Below are positions 1-9,806 of a DNA stretch of 64,000 nt, piece after piece. The notes beneath the pieces are model-generated. The model was not told the DNA's origin, made no database searches, and saw nothing but the letters and a program-made list of their open reading frames with translations. Within the stretch, counting starts at the first letter, position 1. Each line of letters starts with the position of its first letter. The position numbers were made by a program, and so were the translations under genes. Origin of the DNA: Escherichia coli (GTDB taxonomy: Bacteria > Pseudomonadota > Gammaproteobacteria > Enterobacterales > Enterobacteriaceae); the NCBI RefSeq assembly GCF_003019035.1, contig NZ_CP027447.1; one strand, written 5' to 3'.

Positions 1-564
1 GAACGAGCAAAGCAGGCACAAGTTCCAAAGCATGTTATTGATAAAGCAATTGATAAAGCCAAAGGCGGCGGAGATGAAACGTTCGTGCAGGGCCGTTATG
101 AAGGCTTTGGTCCTAATGGCTCAATGATTATCGCCGAGACCTTGACTTCAAATGTTAACCGTACGATTGCTAACGTTCGCACAATTTTCAATAAAAAAGG
201 CGGCAATATCGGAGCGGCAGGTTCTGTCAGCTATATGTTTGACAATACGGGTGTGATTGTATTTAAAGGAACAGACCCTGACCATATTTTTGAAATTTTA
301 CTTGAAGCTGAAGTTGATGTTCGTGATGTGACTGAAGAAGAAGGTAACATTGTTATTTATACCGAACCTACTGACCTTCATAAAGGAATCGCGGCTCTAA
401 AAGCAGCTGGAATCACTGAGTTCTCAACAACAGAATTAGAAATGATTGCTCAATCTGAAGTTGAGCTTTCCCCAGAAGATTTAGAAATCTTTGAAGGGCT
501 TGTTGATGCCCTTGAAGATGACGACGATGTACAAAAAGTTTATCATAACGTCGCAAATCTCTAA
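1..564 (+). CDS. yeeN: YebC/PmpR-family transcriptional regulator YeeN, 3' part (5' end lies before window start)
   Basis: Frame 1 is open from base 1 to the stop at 562-564; translation (…[33 protein letters not shown]…VYHNVANL) matches my memory of E. coli YeeN; conserved position upstream of asnW. Confidence 0.85.
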
Positions 565-576
565 TTATATTTTAAA

Positions 577-606
577 GAAATCTGTCTTTATGGCAGATTT
601 CTTTAA
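577..606 (+). terminator. Candidate rho-independent terminator after yeeN
   Basis: Inverted repeat gaaatctg…cagatttc followed by tttaatc just after the yeeN stop codon. Confidence 0.45.
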
Positions 607-910
607 TCTCATATGATTATTATAAAAATATAATGTTCAACTCGTCATATTGATTATAAAAAACCCCCATTCCCAGAGAAATAATATTTATTAAAATTCC
701 AGTTCTTCTTTTTCTGATTACAGAAGGAAAAGTGGCAATTACGCATAGTTTCCCGATAAAGACGCGATAGCGACATCCCGCATAAGGCATTTTTTCTTTA
801 TCTTTGTACGGTACTTCACGGAACGAAGTTTTTGACCCTGCGAATCGTGATGTCTGTTGGGGGGGCAATTTGCTCAATGAAGCATGAGACTCGATTAAGC
901 GCACGAAACA

Positions 911-953
911 CAGAAATCAAAAAACCCGGTCACTTTTTACAAGGTAACCGGGT
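911..953 (-). terminator. Candidate terminator downstream of asnW
   Basis: Stem acccggt…accgggt; on the minus strand it is followed by a T-tract (complement of aaaaa at 919-923). Confidence 0.4.
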
Positions 954-1014
954 AAAAATATTTTTTATTTTTTAACTGTCTTGAGACTCATAGAGATGTC
1001 TCAAGACTAAAATT

Positions 1015-1090
1015 TGGCTCCTCTGACTGGACTCGAACCAGTGACATACGGATTAACAGTCCGCCGTTCTACCGACTGAACTACAGAGGA
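1015..1090 (-). tRNA. asnW: tRNA-Asn (anticodon GUU)
   Basis: Reverse complement is tcctctgtagttcagtcggtagaacggcggactgttaatccgtatgtcactggttcgagtccagtcagaggagcca, identical to the two plus-strand copies; 76 nt with 3' CCA. Confidence 0.93.
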
Positions 1091-1190
1091 ATCGTGAGAA
1101 CGAGGCGAATATTAGCGACGCTCATCCACAATGTCAAAGCCTGTTTTTTAAATTTGAAATCGTTTGCTGAAATAATCTGCACTTTGTCGT

Positions 1191-2678
1191 TTATTCCGAC
1201 ACAACTGGCTTTTTTTCACACTTTTGCGGCTCAGGTCGAGGATATTTCCACAGCCAACGTCCAGTAACCATTCGCCAGTAAAACAGCACGGCCCGCACAG
1301 CCCAGTCGGCAAACATTCCCAACCAGACACCAACCACACCCCAGCCAAGCATGATTCCCAGCACATAACCGACTACAACCCGGCAACCCCACATGCTCAA
1401 CATAGAAACCCACATGGCGTAACGGGCATCACGAGCACCTTTAAATCCAGCGGGTAGCACCCATGAGGCGGACCAAATAGGCATAAATAAAGCATTTAGC
1501 CAAATCAGAATCACAACGACATGTTTAACCTGTGGATCCTGGGTGTAAAACGATGCCATAACCCCGGCAAAGGGAGCCGTTAGCCAGGCGATGGCCGTTA
1601 ATCCAAGAGTGGACAGCCAGAACACATGCCGCAACTGAATCTCTGCTTGCGCTATCTGCCCTACCCCCAACCTTCGGCCTGTAATGATCGTAGAAGCAGA
1701 GCCGAGCGCACTTCCGGGTAAGTTGATAAGAGCCGCAATTGAAAACGCGATAAAATTTCCGGCAATAACGCTGGTCCCCATCCCGGCAACGAACATTTGG
1801 GTTAATAACCGACCACTGGTAAATAACACTGATTCGACACTCGCTGGAATACCAATCCCCATGACTTCCCAGATAATGCTAAAATTCAGCGGTTTAAAAT
1901 AGCTCTTTAACGAAATCCTTAGCGCAGGATTAAAACCAATCGCCAGCACCCACAAAATTGCCACTGCGCCAATATAACGAGAAATGGTTAAACCCAACCC
2001 AGCCCCGACAAATCCCAGTCCCGGCCAGGAGAAAAGGCCGTAAATCAATATGCCGCTAATAATAATATTAAGAATATTCAGGCTACCGTTAATCAGTAGC
2101 GGTATTTTCGTATTCCCTGCACCACGAAGTGCCCCGCTACCAATCAAAGTGATGGCAGCTGCTGGATAACTGAGTACCGTCAGCTCCAGATAAGTCAACG
2201 CCAGTGCTTTAACTTCTGTCGTGGCATCACCCGCGACGAAATCAATAATTTGTTCGCCAAAATGATGAATAAGCGTTGCCAACAGTACGGCAAACAACGT
2301 CATGATCACCAATGACTGCCGCGTCGCCACCCTCGCTCGTCGTCGATCCCGCTTACCGAGACTAAATGCCACAACGACAGTAGTACCAAGATCGATAGCA
2401 GCAAAAAAAGCCATAATGACCATATTGAAGCTGTCCGCCAATCCCACGCCGGCCATCGCATCTTTTCCCAGCCAGCTGACCAGAAAAGTGCTCAGGACAC
2501 CCATCAACAGGACACAGGCGTTCTCCATGAAGATAGGAACAGCAAGCGGGGTTATCTCGCGCCAGAACAACACTTTGTAACTCTTGCGTTTGGCGTGCCA
2601 GCGAGTACCGTGAACAACCTGGCGTAAAGCAGAGGAGATATTCAAAGCCGACCTTAATTGCAGAAAGTGAAACCACAT
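1191..2678 (-). CDS. yeeO: MATE-family efflux transporter YeeO
   Basis: The 546-aa ORF (1191..2831) is multi-TM and MATE-like; the start is placed at the internal Met (MWFHFLQ…) to give the ~495-aa length I recall for K-12 YeeO. Start codon is uncertain. Confidence 0.8.
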   Translation of the reverse strand: MWFHFLQLRSALNISSALRQVVHGTRWHAKRKSYKVLFWREITPLAVPIFMENACVLLMGVLSTFLVSWLGKDAMAGVGLADSFNMVIMAFFAAIDLGTTVVVAFSLGKRDRRRARVATRQSLVIMTLFAVLLATLIHHFGEQIIDFVAGDATTEVKALALTYLELTVLSYPAAAITLIGSGALRGAGNTKIPLLINGSLNILNIIISGILIYGLFSWPGLGFVGAGLGLTISRYIGAVAILWVLAIGFNPALRISLKSYFKPLNFSIIWEVMGIGIPASVESVLFTSGRLLTQMFVAGMGTSVIAGNFIAFSIAALINLPGSALGSASTIITGRRLGVGQIAQAEIQLRHVFWLSTLGLTAIAWLTAPFAGVMASFYTQDPQVKHVVVILIWLNALFMPIWSASWVLPAGFKGARDARYAMWVSMLSMWGCRVVVGYVLGIMLGWGVVGVWLGMFADWAVRAVLFYWRMVTGRWLWKYPRPEPQKCEKKPVVSE

Positions 2679-2838
2679 TTCAAATGATGAGGGAGAATTA
2701 GCAAAGCTGCAAAGATTTTCGCCAACAAATTGTCTGCAAATGCAACAAACTGTTGATAGAAACGGCAAACAGTTGGTAAATTTAAAAATCGGGTTTGACA
2801 AAAGATTTTTCGCCGTTAAGATGTGCCTCAACAGCGAT

Positions 2839-2914
2839 TCCTCTGTAGTTCAGTCGGTAGAACGGCGGACTGTTAATCCGTATGTCACTGGTTCGAGTCC
2901 AGTCAGAGGAGCCA
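2839..2914 (+). tRNA. asnU: tRNA-Asn (GUU)
   Basis: 76-nt sequence tcctctgtagttcag…ccagtcagaggagcca read directly; K-12-like position between yeeO and cbl. Confidence 0.93.
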
Positions 2915-2922
2915 GATTTCTG

Positions 2923-2950
2923 AAAAGCCCGCTTTTATAGCGGGCTTTTT
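2923..2950. terminator. Bidirectional rho-independent terminator (asnU / cbl)
   Basis: Hairpin aaagcccgc-ttttat-agcgggcttt flanked by T-tracts on both strands. Confidence 0.6.
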
Positions 2951-2951
2951 G

Positions 2952-3902
2952 CTATATCTGATAATCAATTTCCTCTTCACTGTTCTCCATCACCTGGCGC
3001 TTGATATCCTCAACTGACAGTCCTGCATTACAAAGTTCCAGAAAGCGCCAGACATAGTTACGTTGAAGTTGCCCTCGCTTCAGTCCCATCCAGACAGTAT
3101 TAGCATCGAAAAGATGCCTCGTATCCAGACGGATTAAATTCTTTTCCTCTTGTTCACCACTGGATTGTTCGGCAACTAATCCGATCCCCAGCCCAAGAGC
3201 AACATAGGTTTTAATGACATCAGAATCCTGCGCACTTAATACAATATCTGCCAGCAAACCTTTGCGGACAAATGCGTCATCAATACGTGAGCGCCCCGTA
3301 ATCCCCTGTCGGTAAGTGATTAACGGCCACTTCGCTATTGATTCCAGCGTCAACGGTGTAATTTGCGTCAAGGGATGATCGAGTGGAACAAGCAAACTAT
3401 GGTGCCAGCGAAACCACGGGAAGGCGGCGAGCTGCGGGTCATTACTCAAACGCTCGCTGGCGATACCAATATCAGCTTCGCCATTTTGCAACAACGTCGC
3501 AATTTCCTGTGGTGTACCCTGGATTAGCTCCAGCCGAACCTCCGGGAAAAGTTCGCGAAAAGCTTTAATGACCTCAGGCAAGCTATAACGTGCCTGAGTA
3601 TGCGTCGTTGCAATAGTGAGAACGCCAGACGTATCGTTGGTAAACAGGTCTGCAAGCCGACGAACATTACTGGCTTCATTAAGAATGCGTTCTGCAATGA
3701 CCAGTAATGCTTTGCCCGGTTCAGTCATGCCCAGCAGTCGCTTACCTCGTCGAACAAATATTTCGATGCCAAGTTCATCCTCCAGTTCCCGAATATGACG
3801 GCTGACGCCTGACTGTGAGGTAAAAAGCATATTCGCAACCTCTGTCAGGTTGTAATCCTGACGTGCAGCCTCGCGGATTATCTTTAGTTGTTGGAAATTC
3901 AC
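2952..3902 (-). CDS. cbl: LysR-family regulator Cbl (sulfur-starvation / cysB-like)
   Basis: 316-aa ORF with N-terminal LysR helix-turn-helix (MNFQQLKIIREAARQDYNLTEVANMLFTSQSGVSRHIRELE…); immediately downstream of nac, as in E. coli. Confidence 0.88.
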   Translation of the reverse strand: MNFQQLKIIREAARQDYNLTEVANMLFTSQSGVSRHIRELEDELGIEIFVRRGKRLLGMTEPGKALLVIAERILNEASNVRRLADLFTNDTSGVLTIATTHTQARYSLPEVIKAFRELFPEVRLELIQGTPQEIATLLQNGEADIGIASERLSNDPQLAAFPWFRWHHSLLVPLDHPLTQITPLTLESIAKWPLITYRQGITGRSRIDDAFVRKGLLADIVLSAQDSDVIKTYVALGLGIGLVAEQSSGEQEEKNLIRLDTRHLFDANTVWMGLKRGQLQRNYVWRFLELCNAGLSVEDIKRQVMENSEEEIDYQI

Positions 3903-4003
3903 GGTAAACTCCGGGCAGTTCAGATTTCCCGTTATTGTTAAAGTCTAATGCCCGGCATAACAAATAATAAAAACCCGCATCTTATTCCATCCCGATATAA
4001 CGC

Positions 4004-4921
4004 TTAGCTCACCAATTGCCACTGCCTTTTTTCCATCACTGGAGAATTAATCACTGACATTAACAACTCTTTCACTGCCTGTGCCTGTGGCGATAAGTTC
4101 GCTCTGGCGGGTAAATTTAATGACAAAGAGAGACTCATGGAAGGAGTGGTAATGCGTGACATCCACCCATTTACTGCGCCACATAACGAACGCGCGGCCG
4201 ATTCGGGTAATACTGCAACGCCCATGCCGCTGGCAATCGCTGCGGTAAGCGTGGCAATAGACTCAATTTCACCAATGACTTTTGCCGTGAGCCGCCGTAG
4301 GGAAAAAGCCTCATCAACACGAAGTCTAACAGCACTGTAATCACTGGGGAGAAAGAGGTTCATTTGCGCAATAGCATTAACATCAACGCTTTGCCCCGGG
4401 CAATCTTGAGTTCCTACCAGGAAAAGATCTTCTTTCAGCAAAGCCTGGCTGGATACACCAGCCACAGGGGAATGCTCATAAATCACCGCCATATCGAGTT
4501 GATGATTTATCAGTTTTTCGTTAAGTACTGCACCGCTATTTTCATGAAGATAGATAACGACCTCCGGGAATTCAGCGCGAACCGCCTGTAATAAGGGCAT
4601 GGTGATGGATGACGCAGCGGTTCCTGGCGCAAAGCCAATCGAGACTTGCCCCGATAATGCCTGACCAACGTTATGCACCGCCAGTTGGGCCTGCTCACAC
4701 TGACGTAAAATGGCCCGCGCATGGGTATAGAGAATTTTTCCGGCGTCAGTTGGCGTAACACCCCGTTTTGTGCGAATCAAAAGTTGTTGATTTAACTCAC
4801 CTTCCAGTGTGGCAACCTGCTGACTGAGCGCTGGTTGTGCGATATGCAATACTTCAGCAGCCTGGGTCAGGCTACCAATATCTACAATTTTTACGAAGTA
4901 TTTCAGGCGTCTGAAGTTCAT
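4004..4921 (-). CDS. nac: Nitrogen assimilation control protein Nac (LysR family)
   Basis: ORF 4004..4951; start set at MNFRRLKYFVKIVDIGSLTQAAEVLHIAQPALSQQ… (LysR HTH); sigma-54 promoter-like element upstream. Confidence 0.88.
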   Translation of the reverse strand: MNFRRLKYFVKIVDIGSLTQAAEVLHIAQPALSQQVATLEGELNQQLLIRTKRGVTPTDAGKILYTHARAILRQCEQAQLAVHNVGQALSGQVSIGFAPGTAASSITMPLLQAVRAEFPEVVIYLHENSGAVLNEKLINHQLDMAVIYEHSPVAGVSSQALLKEDLFLVGTQDCPGQSVDVNAIAQMNLFLPSDYSAVRLRVDEAFSLRRLTAKVIGEIESIATLTAAIASGMGVAVLPESAARSLCGAVNGWMSRITTPSMSLSLSLNLPARANLSPQAQAVKELLMSVINSPVMEKRQWQLVS

Positions 4922-4976
4922 GTTGCCTCCGGTTTTTAAGAATCGGCCCAAGTGCCGCCATTACTTACAACCAGAT

Positions 4977-4992
4977 TGCAAGATGCTTGCCA
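4977..4992 (-). promoter_or_regulatory. Sigma-54 (-24/-12) promoter element for nac
   Basis: Minus-strand sequence TGGCAAGCATCTTGCA fits TGGCAC-N5-TTGCW; lies about 55 nt upstream of the nac start codon. Confidence 0.6.
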
Positions 4993-5246
4993 GTTTTATT
5001 GTGGCGTTGATGTACAAGCTAACCAACTGTCAAATAAGAGATTATGATAGATTCGTCATTGGTTCTTTTTATCAGCAGTCGCGTTCCCCTGCCCCATAAA
5101 AGGAGGGTATGCACCACGATGGTTCATTACCAATAAGATTGAAATCTCACCGCTTTGTTGAAATAGACAGCAAACAAACAAAAAAATGCATTTCACCCTT
5201 TGACATCACCATGTACTGCCATTAATATGCGCCCCGTTCACACGAT

Positions 5247-5322
5247 TCCTCTGTAGTTCAGTCGGTAGAACGGCGGACTGTTAATCCGTATGTCACTGGT
5301 TCGAGTCCAGTCAGAGGAGCCA
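5247..5322 (+). tRNA. asnV: tRNA-Asn (GUU)
   Basis: Third identical 76-nt tRNA-Asn copy read directly from the sequence. Confidence 0.93.
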
Positions 5323-5327
5323 GATTC

Positions 5328-5357
5328 AAAAAAGCCTGCTTTCTAGCAGGCTTTTTG
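5328..5357. terminator. Bidirectional terminator (asnV / ldtA)
   Basis: Hairpin aaaagcctgc-tttct-agcaggctttt with flanking T-tracts on both strands. Confidence 0.55.
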
Positions 5358-5377
5358 CTTTCTAATTACCAACGCTC

Positions 5378-6310
5378 TTAAAACATCTGTCTTGAACCAG
5401 AACTAATTTGCACAGGCATTCCCGATCGACGTTGCAACGCAGCATTTGCGCGATTCACATCAACTTCTTGCCCGTTGATAAACGCCCGCAAAGATGGGGT
5501 TACCGGCAATGGCACTTTTCGGTCAGACTCATATTCTGCACGATTGCGCGACAGCGGCTCATGAACTTCCAGCCACTTTGATCCATCCGGTTCCGTTGTG
5601 TATTTCACTGGCTGATCAATAATTTGTACACGAGTACCTACAGGAACATTATCAAACAGATATTTGATATCGTCATTGCGCAGACGAATACAGCCCTGAC
5701 TTACCCGGAGCCCAATACCAAAATTGGCATTGGTACCGTGGATGGCATATAGCCTGCCAATATAAATCGCATACAGCCCCATGGGATTATCAGGCCCCGC
5801 AGGAACAAATGCGGGCAAACTCTCCCCTCGTTTCGCATATTCGCGCCGAGTGTTCGGCGTTGGCGTCCAGGTTGGAGCTTCTTGTTTACGTTCAACGGTA
5901 GTCACCCAGTTACGCGGGGTTTCTCGCCCAGCCTGACCGATACCTATAGGAAAGACTTCCACAGTATTACTGTCTGGTGGGTAGTAATAAAGACGCATCT
6001 CAGCGACGTTAACCACAATCCCTTTACGAACAGTGGCGGGCAAAATCAGTTGCTGCGGAATGGTGAGTTGCGAACCTGACTTCGGCAAGAAAACATCAGC
6101 GCCCGGATTCGCTTCCAGCATGTTACTTAACCCTTGCCCGTATTGTGCGGCAAAAGTCTCCAGCGGCTGGGTATTGTGATCAGGAACAGTTACAGTAAGT
6201 GACTGCCCCACTAAACGGCTACCCTCTGGAGGTAATGGATAAGTTACCGCCAGGCTAGTATGGCTGGCAAAAAGCAGAGCAAATGAGCAAAGAATATTTA
6301 CACGACGCAT
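5378..6310 (-). CDS. ldtA: L,D-transpeptidase (ErfK/LdtA, YkuD domain)
   Basis: 310/311-aa ORF with signal peptide ([21 protein letters not shown]) and YkuD-type catalytic region (…HGT…GCIRLRNDD…). Confidence 0.85.
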   Translation of the reverse strand: MRRVNILCSFALLFASHTSLAVTYPLPPEGSRLVGQSLTVTVPDHNTQPLETFAAQYGQGLSNMLEANPGADVFLPKSGSQLTIPQQLILPATVRKGIVVNVAEMRLYYYPPDSNTVEVFPIGIGQAGRETPRNWVTTVERKQEAPTWTPTPNTRREYAKRGESLPAFVPAGPDNPMGLYAIYIGRLYAIHGTNANFGIGLRVSQGCIRLRNDDIKYLFDNVPVGTRVQIIDQPVKYTTEPDGSKWLEVHEPLSRNRAEYESDRKVPLPVTPSLRAFINGQEVDVNRANAALQRRSGMPVQISSGSRQMF

Positions 6311-6374
6311 CATGTCCCTTTCCTAAGTCGCGAAAGCTATCCGTTAAGTATAGCTTTTATCAGACTTTTCGTTT

Positions 6375-7454
6375 TTAACTGTTCAAATCAGAAGTCGTAT
6401 TCCCCGGTAGAACAATATTACTGGCAGCAAGTTCGCCCATGTTGTTATATATCGCACAGGCAGCTTCGATGATGGGCATCGCCAGAGCTGCGCCACTCCC
6501 CTCACCTAAACGCATCTCCATATTGAGATAAGGCTCCAGCCCCAAATGCGACAGCGCAATACGCGCCCCTTTTTCTGCCGACAGGTGAGAAGGAATGAGA
6601 TACGGTTTGATCGCAGGAGACATCTGGCAGGCTGCGAGCGCAGCAGCATAAGAAAGAAATCCATCCAGCAACACGGGTAAACCGCAGGAAGCAGCGCCTA
6701 ACATCACGCCAGCCATTCCGACCAAATCAAATCCACCCACTTTTGCCAGAACATTAACGCCATCCTGCGGATTTGGCTGATTCAACGTAATCGCCCGGCG
6801 CACAACATCAATTTTATTAGCCAGTTTATCTGTCGGCAGGTTTGCGCCAATCCCAACCACTTCTTCAGGATCCCGGCCAGTGATTGTGCTGACTATTGCT
6901 GCTGCCGGTGTCGTGTTTGCCATCCCCAGTTCACCTACACCAAACAGCGTGACACCGTTTTTTGCCAGCTCCCGCGTATAACATATGACGTCCAAAAGCA
7001 ACTTTTCAGCCTGACGGCGACTCATTGCCGGAGCTGAAGCAATATTGCCGCTACCTCGTGCGACACGCATGTTGATAAGCCCGGGGATAGGCTCAGCAGT
7101 ATCAATACCAACATCAATTACGTGGACGTTAGCGCCCGCTTGTGCTGCCAGCACACACACGCCGGTTGTTCCGCGGGTCATATTTTCAGCCTGTATGGCT
7201 GTCACTTCTTTTGGAGAAATAGCGACCCCTTCCTCCCAGACGCCGTGATCGGCACACATAACCAGTATCGCTTTTTTGCCCACATGCGGTATGCCATTCA
7301 ACCCCGGCATTCCCGCCAGTTGTACGCCAAGCGCCTCCAGCTTTCCCAGGCTACCAACAGGTTTGAGTAACCCGTCAATATGCCGTTGTGCACGCGACAT
7401 AGCGGCAGGATCGATGGCTGGGATCGTATTCAGTAAATTGGCAAGTGTTTGCAT
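6375..7454 (-). CDS. cobT: Nicotinate-nucleotide--dimethylbenzimidazole phosphoribosyltransferase
   Basis: 359-aa ORF ([40 protein letters not shown]…), canonical CobT; first gene of the cobTSU order. Confidence 0.92.
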   Translation of the reverse strand: MQTLANLLNTIPAIDPAAMSRAQRHIDGLLKPVGSLGKLEALGVQLAGMPGLNGIPHVGKKAILVMCADHGVWEEGVAISPKEVTAIQAENMTRGTTGVCVLAAQAGANVHVIDVGIDTAEPIPGLINMRVARGSGNIASAPAMSRRQAEKLLLDVICYTRELAKNGVTLFGVGELGMANTTPAAAIVSTITGRDPEEVVGIGANLPTDKLANKIDVVRRAITLNQPNPQDGVNVLAKVGGFDLVGMAGVMLGAASCGLPVLLDGFLSYAAALAACQMSPAIKPYLIPSHLSAEKGARIALSHLGLEPYLNMEMRLGEGSGAALAMPIIEAACAIYNNMGELAASNIVLPGNTTSDLNS

Positions 7455-7465
7455 GTCACGTCTCT

Positions 7466-8209
7466 TTATAGCAGTGCCAGCAGGAAGACCAGTTCACCAA
7501 GCTCTATGGCTGCTCCCAGCGTATCGCCGGTTTGCCCGCCCAGCGTACGTTTGAGAAGCTGACCGAGGATGAAAATCGCCACCATCGTCACCACCATAGC
7601 AGCCACACCATGCATACCCGGCAATAATACGGCAGCAAAAATAGCGGCTAAGCCGAGTGTGACGCAGGTTTGTCGCCCATCAATTTTGCCAATGAACACA
7701 TTGCCAAGCCCTTCTTCCCGCGCATAACGATGACGATACATCAATAATGCGGCAGTCCCGCGGCTGACCGCACATGCTGCCGCCAGCGATGCAAGGATCG
7801 GTTCGCCACGCAGAGCCAACTCGCTTAACACCAGAATCTTTGCCAGTACCACAAAAATCAATGCCAGACCGCCGTGGGTGCCTAAACGGCTATCACGCAT
7901 GATTTCCAACATGCGATCGCGGCTACGTGCAGAAAATACGCCATCACAGGTATCAGCGAGGCCATCCAGGTGGAATCCCCCGGTCATCAGCGCCAGCACA
8001 AGTACGCTAAACAGTGCCGCCAGTGGTACGCCACACCATGCCTGCAGCACCATGAAGACCAGCCCGCTAATCGCGCCAAGCAATAATCCAATCAAAGGAA
8101 AAGTAATAATACCGCGAGAATAATGCTCGAAATCCAGTCCCTGGGACCAGCGACGCGGTACAGGCAGACGCGTAATAAATGAGAGCATCGCCCAAAATAA
8201 TTTACTCAT
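7466..8209 (-). CDS. cobS: Adenosylcobinamide-GDP ribazoletransferase (cobalamin synthase)
   Basis: Multi-TM ORF; start set at [18 protein letters not shown]… giving a 4-nt overlap with the cobU stop (translational coupling). Confidence 0.9.
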   Translation of the reverse strand: MSKLFWAMLSFITRLPVPRRWSQGLDFEHYSRGIITFPLIGLLLGAISGLVFMVLQAWCGVPLAALFSVLVLALMTGGFHLDGLADTCDGVFSARSRDRMLEIMRDSRLGTHGGLALIFVVLAKILVLSELALRGEPILASLAAACAVSRGTAALLMYRHRYAREEGLGNVFIGKIDGRQTCVTLGLAAIFAAVLLPGMHGVAAMVVTMVAIFILGQLLKRTLGGQTGDTLGAAIELGELVFLLALL

Positions 8210-8751
8210 TTGATTTTTACTCCAATACCCGAAACCACCAGCCATACTTCATTTGCCGCAGCGGCCAACTGCTGGTTTACCCGCCCGGCAATATCACGAA
8301 AATGTCGTGCCAGACGACTCTCCGGCACAATCCCCATTCCCACTTCGTTAGTCACTAATACAACCTTTGCGGGGCAACGTTGGCAGGCAGCAATCAACGA
8401 CTGAATCTCAGCATTAATCGCCTGTTCCATCGCCTGATAATCCCATTCATCAGGGTCTTTATCGCCGCCATAATCAAACAACAGATTAGTCACCATTGTG
8501 GTAACGCATTCCAGCAGCACAGCCTCATTCGGGTTAATGTCTGCATGAATTAATTCATCAAGATGTTGCCAGCGCTCCACTGTGCGCCAGTGCGCCGGGC
8601 GGCCTTGCCGATGATGTTCTATCCGTGCAGCCATCTCATCATCAAGGATTTGCGAGGTAGCGATATACAGAACCTGTGAAGAGTCCCCAATAAGCGCCTC
8701 TGCGTGGCGACTCTTCCCGCTCCGTGCGCCCCCCGTCACCAAAATCATCAT
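8206..8751 (-). CDS. cobU: Adenosylcobinamide kinase / adenosylcobinamide-phosphate guanylyltransferase
   Basis: 181-aa ORF with P-loop ([20 protein letters not shown]…). Confidence 0.92.
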   Translation of the reverse strand: MMILVTGGARSGKSRHAEALIGDSSQVLYIATSQILDDEMAARIEHHRQGRPAHWRTVERWQHLDELIHADINPNEAVLLECVTTMVTNLLFDYGGDKDPDEWDYQAMEQAINAEIQSLIAACQRCPAKVVLVTNEVGMGIVPESRLARHFRDIAGRVNQQLAAAANEVWLVVSGIGVKIK

Positions 8752-8884
8752 ACCGACTCCTGATTCAAATGTATGATGGTATTCATTGAACAGAACAATG
8801 GATCCCCCACCGTTGCTGACCGCAAAACATTTACGCGATTAATACTGCGCGTAATATAATTAAAAATCCAGCATTCTCAATCCA

Positions 8885-9391
8885 TTACGAAAGAAGATGG
8901 CATTGCGGAATAGCCAGACTTCCTCGTGTTAACGTCCGACAAAATGCGTCATTGACAGCGGTTTCTCTGGCATGACAGATTTCATTAAGATAATGGATTA
9001 ATGCTACAGCCCCACCCGCCGGACCATTCAGCAAACGGGCATTGTGTTCTGTAATCAAAATTACCGTCGTTCCCTCAGAATGAGCGAGCCATTCTGGTAC
9101 GGATATCTCGCTTTCAGCTGCTATCAATAGCAGCACTGAATAATCGCTATACGCATCTGATAACGATTGCACAGGCCCACCGTCAAAAGGCTGGAAATCT
9201 TGCTGCCAGTCCTCACCAACAAAACAGGTTATTGGCAATATTTCCGCCAGATGTTTCGCCAGATCCACATCTCCAGATAAGAGGCAAAAAAGAGCTATCG
9301 ATTCGGGTTTTATCGTTTTCATGCCCCTCGCCCTCCACTTAATTTCCTGTAATGGCGGTCTGGTTGATAAGCCATGAAACAAGATTGCCAC
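8885..9391 (-). CDS. Hypothetical protein (145-168 aa) at the position of the missing cbi operon; function unknown
   Basis: Open frame between the riboswitch-like leader and cobU. GTG start at 9391, or ATG (MKTIKPESIALF…) with a GGAGG-like RBS at about 9322. I do not recognise a family; may be a remnant or fusion. Confidence 0.35.
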   Translation of the reverse strand: MAILFHGLSTRPPLQEIKWRARGMKTIKPESIALFCLLSGDVDLAKHLAEILPITCFVGEDWQQDFQPFDGGPVQSLSDAYSDYSVLLLIAAESEISVPEWLAHSEGTTVILITEHNARLLNGPAGGAVALIHYLNEICHARETAVNDAFCRTLTRGSLAIPQCHLLS

Positions 9392-9539
9392 ACCTTAAGT
9401 GCAGCCCTGGTGCCTGTCGGCACTGCGATGAAAGAACTAAATGATGCCGCCATACCCTGATCCTTTCAGGGTGGTAGGGGTATAAAGACGCGCCTGTACT
9501 CTACCGGACGCTTCCGGGCAACCCACTTCCCACCGAAGT

Positions 9540-9705
9540 TGTTGGTATTGACTGACTGGCTGGTCTTCTGGCTTAGCGTCATCCTCTCCCGACCTTCCCA
9601 ATCTCGCGATCAGTGGCATTTTCGGGTTTGTCAGCATTACAGCAGCGGGGGCTGCGAGGGATTTTCACCCTCTTCCCAGGCACAAATGTGCCACACCTGT
9701 CAGCG
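9540..9705 (-). ncRNA. Cobalamin (adenosylcobalamin) riboswitch, cob-operon leader type
   Basis: Minus-strand RNA contains GGGAAGAGGGUGAAAAUCCCUCGCAGCCCCCGCUGCUGUAA (fits the cobalamin core GGGAA…GGUG.AA..CC…GC.G.CCCGC…GU.A), then GCCACUG, then a B12-box AAGCCAGAAGACCAGCC (compare btuB AAGCCCGAAGACCUGCC). Confidence 0.7.
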
Positions 9706-9806
9706 TATGTTATGAGCTGATTTCACTTTTCCCATAACAGGGAAATAACGTTAATTATTCATTCCAGAGTTTATTTAAACCGTCCTCTTTTTTTGGGGCA
9801 TTTACT

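Noticed and set aside
620-904. 94-aa reverse-strand ORF between yeeN and asnW
   Set aside because: Lies in an intergenic terminator/hairpin region, has no recognisable domain or convincing RBS, and I know of no gene at this position in E. coli; most likely a chance ORF.
1224-1457. Small plus-strand ORFs rich in His/Pro inside yeeO
   Set aside because: Antisense to the yeeO coding sequence; low-complexity translation; no independent support.
2679-2831. N-terminal 51-codon extension of the yeeO ORF
   Set aside because: Probably untranslated; the extension is not hydrophobic and the in-frame Met giving the ~495-aa length is the more likely start. Not evidence of a novel longer isoform.
9437-9637. 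66-aa ORF overlapping the riboswitch-like leader
   Set aside because: The region is better explained as structured RNA (cobalamin riboswitch); the ORF is short and has no RBS.
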